From the NCBI GenBank assembly GCA_039208735.1, contig JBCCQY010000182.1, forward strand, positions 1-17,935: a stretch of 17,935 bases of DNA, in the 5' to 3' direction. Each line of letters opens with the position of its first letter. The stretch's first letter is position 1. Both the position numbers and the translations under genes were made by a program. Shown here one piece after another: positions 15,613 to 17,935 of the stretch. The stretch comes from Myxococcota bacterium. Its GTDB lineage: Bacteria > Myxococcota_A > UBA796 > GCA-2862545. The notes below the pieces were generated by a model, which did not search any database, had not been told where the DNA came from, and saw nothing but the letters and a program-made list of their open reading frames with translations.

Positions 15613-17124
15613 CTATCGGGAGTAGACCTCAAACTGTTCGGGGTGGAAATGGCCCAATGCTCGAACCACCACCTGGCGGCCGAGCTGCCCCTCGATTTGT
15701 TCGAGGTCGACGTACCGGTCGCCGTACAACAGGTCTGCTACGGCGGGGGTCGTGTTGACGTACACAGGGCTTCCGCCCTGCGACCGAGAGGCTTCCCGCT
15801 TCACCTCGCGCAAAATCTCATACGCGAGGGTGGTCTGGGACTTGACCACGCCCGTCCCAGAGCACGTCGGACAGCTCGCCGTAAGGTACCGATCGAGCCC
15901 CTCTTGCACGCGCTTCCGCGTCATTTCGACGAGGCCAAGATCTGAAATGCGGAGGACGTTGGTGCGGGCTCGGTCTGACTTCAAGGCTTCTTCGAGCGCG
16001 CGATACACCTTGTCGCGGTTTTGCTCACGGTCCATATCGATGAAGTCGATGATGATGAGACCGCCGATATTGCGAAGCCGTAGCTGGGCCACGACTTCCC
16101 TGACGGCCTCGAGGTTGATCCGCAGGGTCGTGTCTTCGAGCGACGAAGTCCCGACGTACTTGCCCGAGTTCACGTCGATGGCCATCAGTGCTTCGGTCTG
16201 GTCGATGACGAGGTAGCCGCCCGACTTCAACCAGACCTTTCGACCCATCGACCGGGCGATTTCCGCCTCTACACCGTAGGTGTCGTACACCGGTTCGGCG
16301 CCGCGGTAGAGGTGCACGCGCTCCTTCGCCGACGGCATGAAGTCGTCCATGAAGCTCTTGACCTGGTCGTAGCGGCCCGGGTCATCGATCACCATGCGGT
16401 CGACGTCTTCATCAAAGAGATCACGCACCGCTCGCAGCACGAGCCCGTACTCCGCGTGAAGGGGGGCGGGGGCCCGTCGACCCTTGCTGTGCTCCTGAAT
16501 GCGGGCCCAGGTACGCTCGAGAAACGCCATGTCGGCTTTGAGGGCCGAGGTCGGGGCGCCCTCACAAACGGTGCGAACGATGTAGCCCATGCCCTTCTTG
16601 CGGTGTTTCTCTACAAAATCTCGCAGGCGGCGTCGCTCCTTGTCCTTGTCGATGCGACGGGAGATTCCCACGTGCTCCACCGTCGGCATGAAGACGAGGA
16701 ATCGTCCGGGCAACGCCAAGTGTGTGGTGAGTCGCGCTCCCTTGGTTCCAATGGGGTCCTTCGCGACCTGAACCACGATTTCTTGGCCCTCGGTCAACAG
16801 GTCTTGGATGGCCGGTTGGCCGGACTTTGCGTTCGCGCGCGGTTGATCGTCCGACGCGGGAGGACCTTCCTCTCCTGTCGTCGAAAGATGGAGCAGCTCC
16901 GGGTAGATGTCGCCCACGTACAGAAAGGCGGCCCGTTCGAGTCCAATGTCGACGAATGCCGCTTGCATCCCCGGCAGGACTCGAACCACCCGCCCAAGGT
17001 ACACGTTGCCTACGAATCCACGCTCATCGCCACGGTCGATTTGCAATTCAGCAAGTCGCCCGTCTTCCATCAGGGCAACCCGGACCTCCCGTCCGGTGGT
17101 GGAACAGATGATCTCGGCCGACAC
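15613..17124 (-). CDS. rng: Rne/Rng family ribonuclease (RNase G-like, catalytic domain only)
   Basis: GTG start with AGGAG RBS; S1 domain GNVYLGRV.RVLPGMQAAFVDIG, QVAKDPIGTKGARLT, TEALMAIDVNSG, RLRNIGGLIIIDFIDM, Zn-link CPTCSGTG; 503 aa with no long C-terminal scaffold. Confidence 0.93.
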   Translation of the reverse strand: MSAEIICSTTGREVRVALMEDGRLAELQIDRGDERGFVGNVYLGRVVRVLPGMQAAFVDIGLERAAFLYVGDIYPELLHLSTTGEEGPPASDDQPRANAKSGQPAIQDLLTEGQEIVVQVAKDPIGTKGARLTTHLALPGRFLVFMPTVEHVGISRRIDKDKERRRLRDFVEKHRKKGMGYIVRTVCEGAPTSALKADMAFLERTWARIQEHSKGRRAPAPLHAEYGLVLRAVRDLFDEDVDRMVIDDPGRYDQVKSFMDDFMPSAKERVHLYRGAEPVYDTYGVEAEIARSMGRKVWLKSGGYLVIDQTEALMAIDVNSGKYVGTSSLEDTTLRINLEAVREVVAQLRLRNIGGLIIIDFIDMDREQNRDKVYRALEEALKSDRARTNVLRISDLGLVEMTRKRVQEGLDRYLTASCPTCSGTGVVKSQTTLAYEILREVKREASRSQGGSPVYVNTTPAVADLLYGDRYVDLEQIEGQLGRQVVVRALGHFHPEQFEVYSR

Positions 17125-17366
17125 AATTCACTCTCCTGGCCACGAAATCCGAACGTGGGAGCGGGGCATGAAGCCCGGCCTTCGACCAACGCGGATGAGT
17201 GGCGGCAATAGAAAACCGTCGTGCGGATGCGTACGGGGGCCCAGGTCGAGGCTCGCTTACTGGCGAGTCGGTCGACTACTTTGCACCAACGACAGCGTCG
17301 GGGCCATCGTTTCCGGTGTCGCATCACGCCCACGTGACGGTCTATCGCATCGAGTTCGTCGCGGCG

Positions 17367-17807
17367 TCAACGATCGGGGGATGGCAGAATGACGAAGCGA
17401 CACGCCACCTTGGCAACCTCATTGTCAACCGCGTCGAGCACCCGCACTCCAATCTCCACCTCGAGGGCCGTAGACCGCCCGGGATGGGCCAACTCCGTGA
17501 GGGCCTCGTCAGGGAGTTCCGCAAGGGCGGTGACATCGCCAAACGAAGCCGACACATACCGAATCGTTGTTGTGGAGCGACGGGGGGCCAGATCCGCGAG
17601 CTGGGGGTGCGTCGCCACGAGGACGCCGGCGGCGAGTTCGGCAATCGCAAAGAGTGCGGCTGAATGCAGCGCACCTGTGTGATCGAGCAACGACGGCCGG
17701 TGCGACAGGGCGATGGTGACGCGTCCCGGAGCCACTTCGGTGGGCATCGCACCCAGGGTTTGGATGAGTGGAACGGTGTACAAAGACTTCCGAAGTTCAG
17801 CGAGCAT
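17367..17807 (-). CDS. Hotdog-fold thioesterase-like protein (PaaI / DUF4442-like)
   Basis: Start reassigned to ATG 17807 with AGGAG RBS; LDHTGALHSAALFAIAELAAG hotdog helix, TIRYVSASFGDVTA strand, VRVLDAVDNEVA. Confidence 0.8.
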   Translation of the reverse strand: MLAELRKSLYTVPLIQTLGAMPTEVAPGRVTIALSHRPSLLDHTGALHSAALFAIAELAAGVLVATHPQLADLAPRRSTTTIRYVSASFGDVTALAELPDEALTELAHPGRSTALEVEIGVRVLDAVDNEVAKVACRFVILPSPDR

Positions 17808-17935
17808 GGCCGTCTCCTGCGGCTCCTTCGGCAAGCGACGCGCGAAGCTGATGGAAAAGTGCGAGAGCCTCGCAAACAGCTCGTTACCTGGCAGGACGAA
17901 GCTGGAGCCTGAATGACGGCAACCCCTCGTACCAA

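Noticed and set aside
373..17211. Many long antisense or alternate-frame ORFs (e.g. 1135-2271, 5495-6505, 14513-15241, 16312-17211)
   Set aside because: Shadow ORFs expected from high GC3 codon bias; they fully overlap motif-supported genes and lack recognisable domains.
17860..17874. Hairpin TGCGAG/CTCGCA with CTTTT tail on the minus strand as a terminator
   Set aside because: Only a 6-bp stem with a 3-nt loop, and the upstream gene is outside the window, so it cannot be supported.
17342..17935. 197-aa minus-strand ORF open to the window edge
   Set aside because: Arg/Pro/Ser-rich alternate frame of the thioesterase gene, with no domain signal.

Overview
GC-rich bacterial chromosomal segment, most likely from a member of the Myxococcota (inferred from a MYXO-CTERM-like C-terminal tag on an MXAN_6640-type metalloprotease). 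At the left end an initiator tRNA-fMet (+) faces a tightly packed 13-gene minus-strand run across a bidirectional terminator. That run is minC-minD-minE, a polytopic membrane protein (possibly a remote NSS/LeuT-fold transporter), a small C-terminally anchored exported protein, a calcineurin-like metallophosphoesterase, three tandem AIM24/TIGR00266 paralogues, a HEXXH surface metalloprotease, and a LolCDE/MacB-like ABC transporter (two permeases plus ATPase). To the right lie an acidic lipoprotein, an RlmI-like rRNA methyltransferase (+), a RecD2 helicase with a candidate LexA box, an RNase G/E-family nuclease and a hotdog-fold thioesterase. No mobile element, CRISPR array or defence system is visible. 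The most notable observations are a Firmicute/cyanobacterial-looking MinCDE in a probable myxobacterium, its apparent co-transcription with an AIM24 triplet, protease and Lol-like transporter, ultra-short signal peptides, a U1-A72 initiator tRNA and a hairpin-dense intergenic region upstream of minC. All family assignments come from motif recognition by eye; no searches were run.
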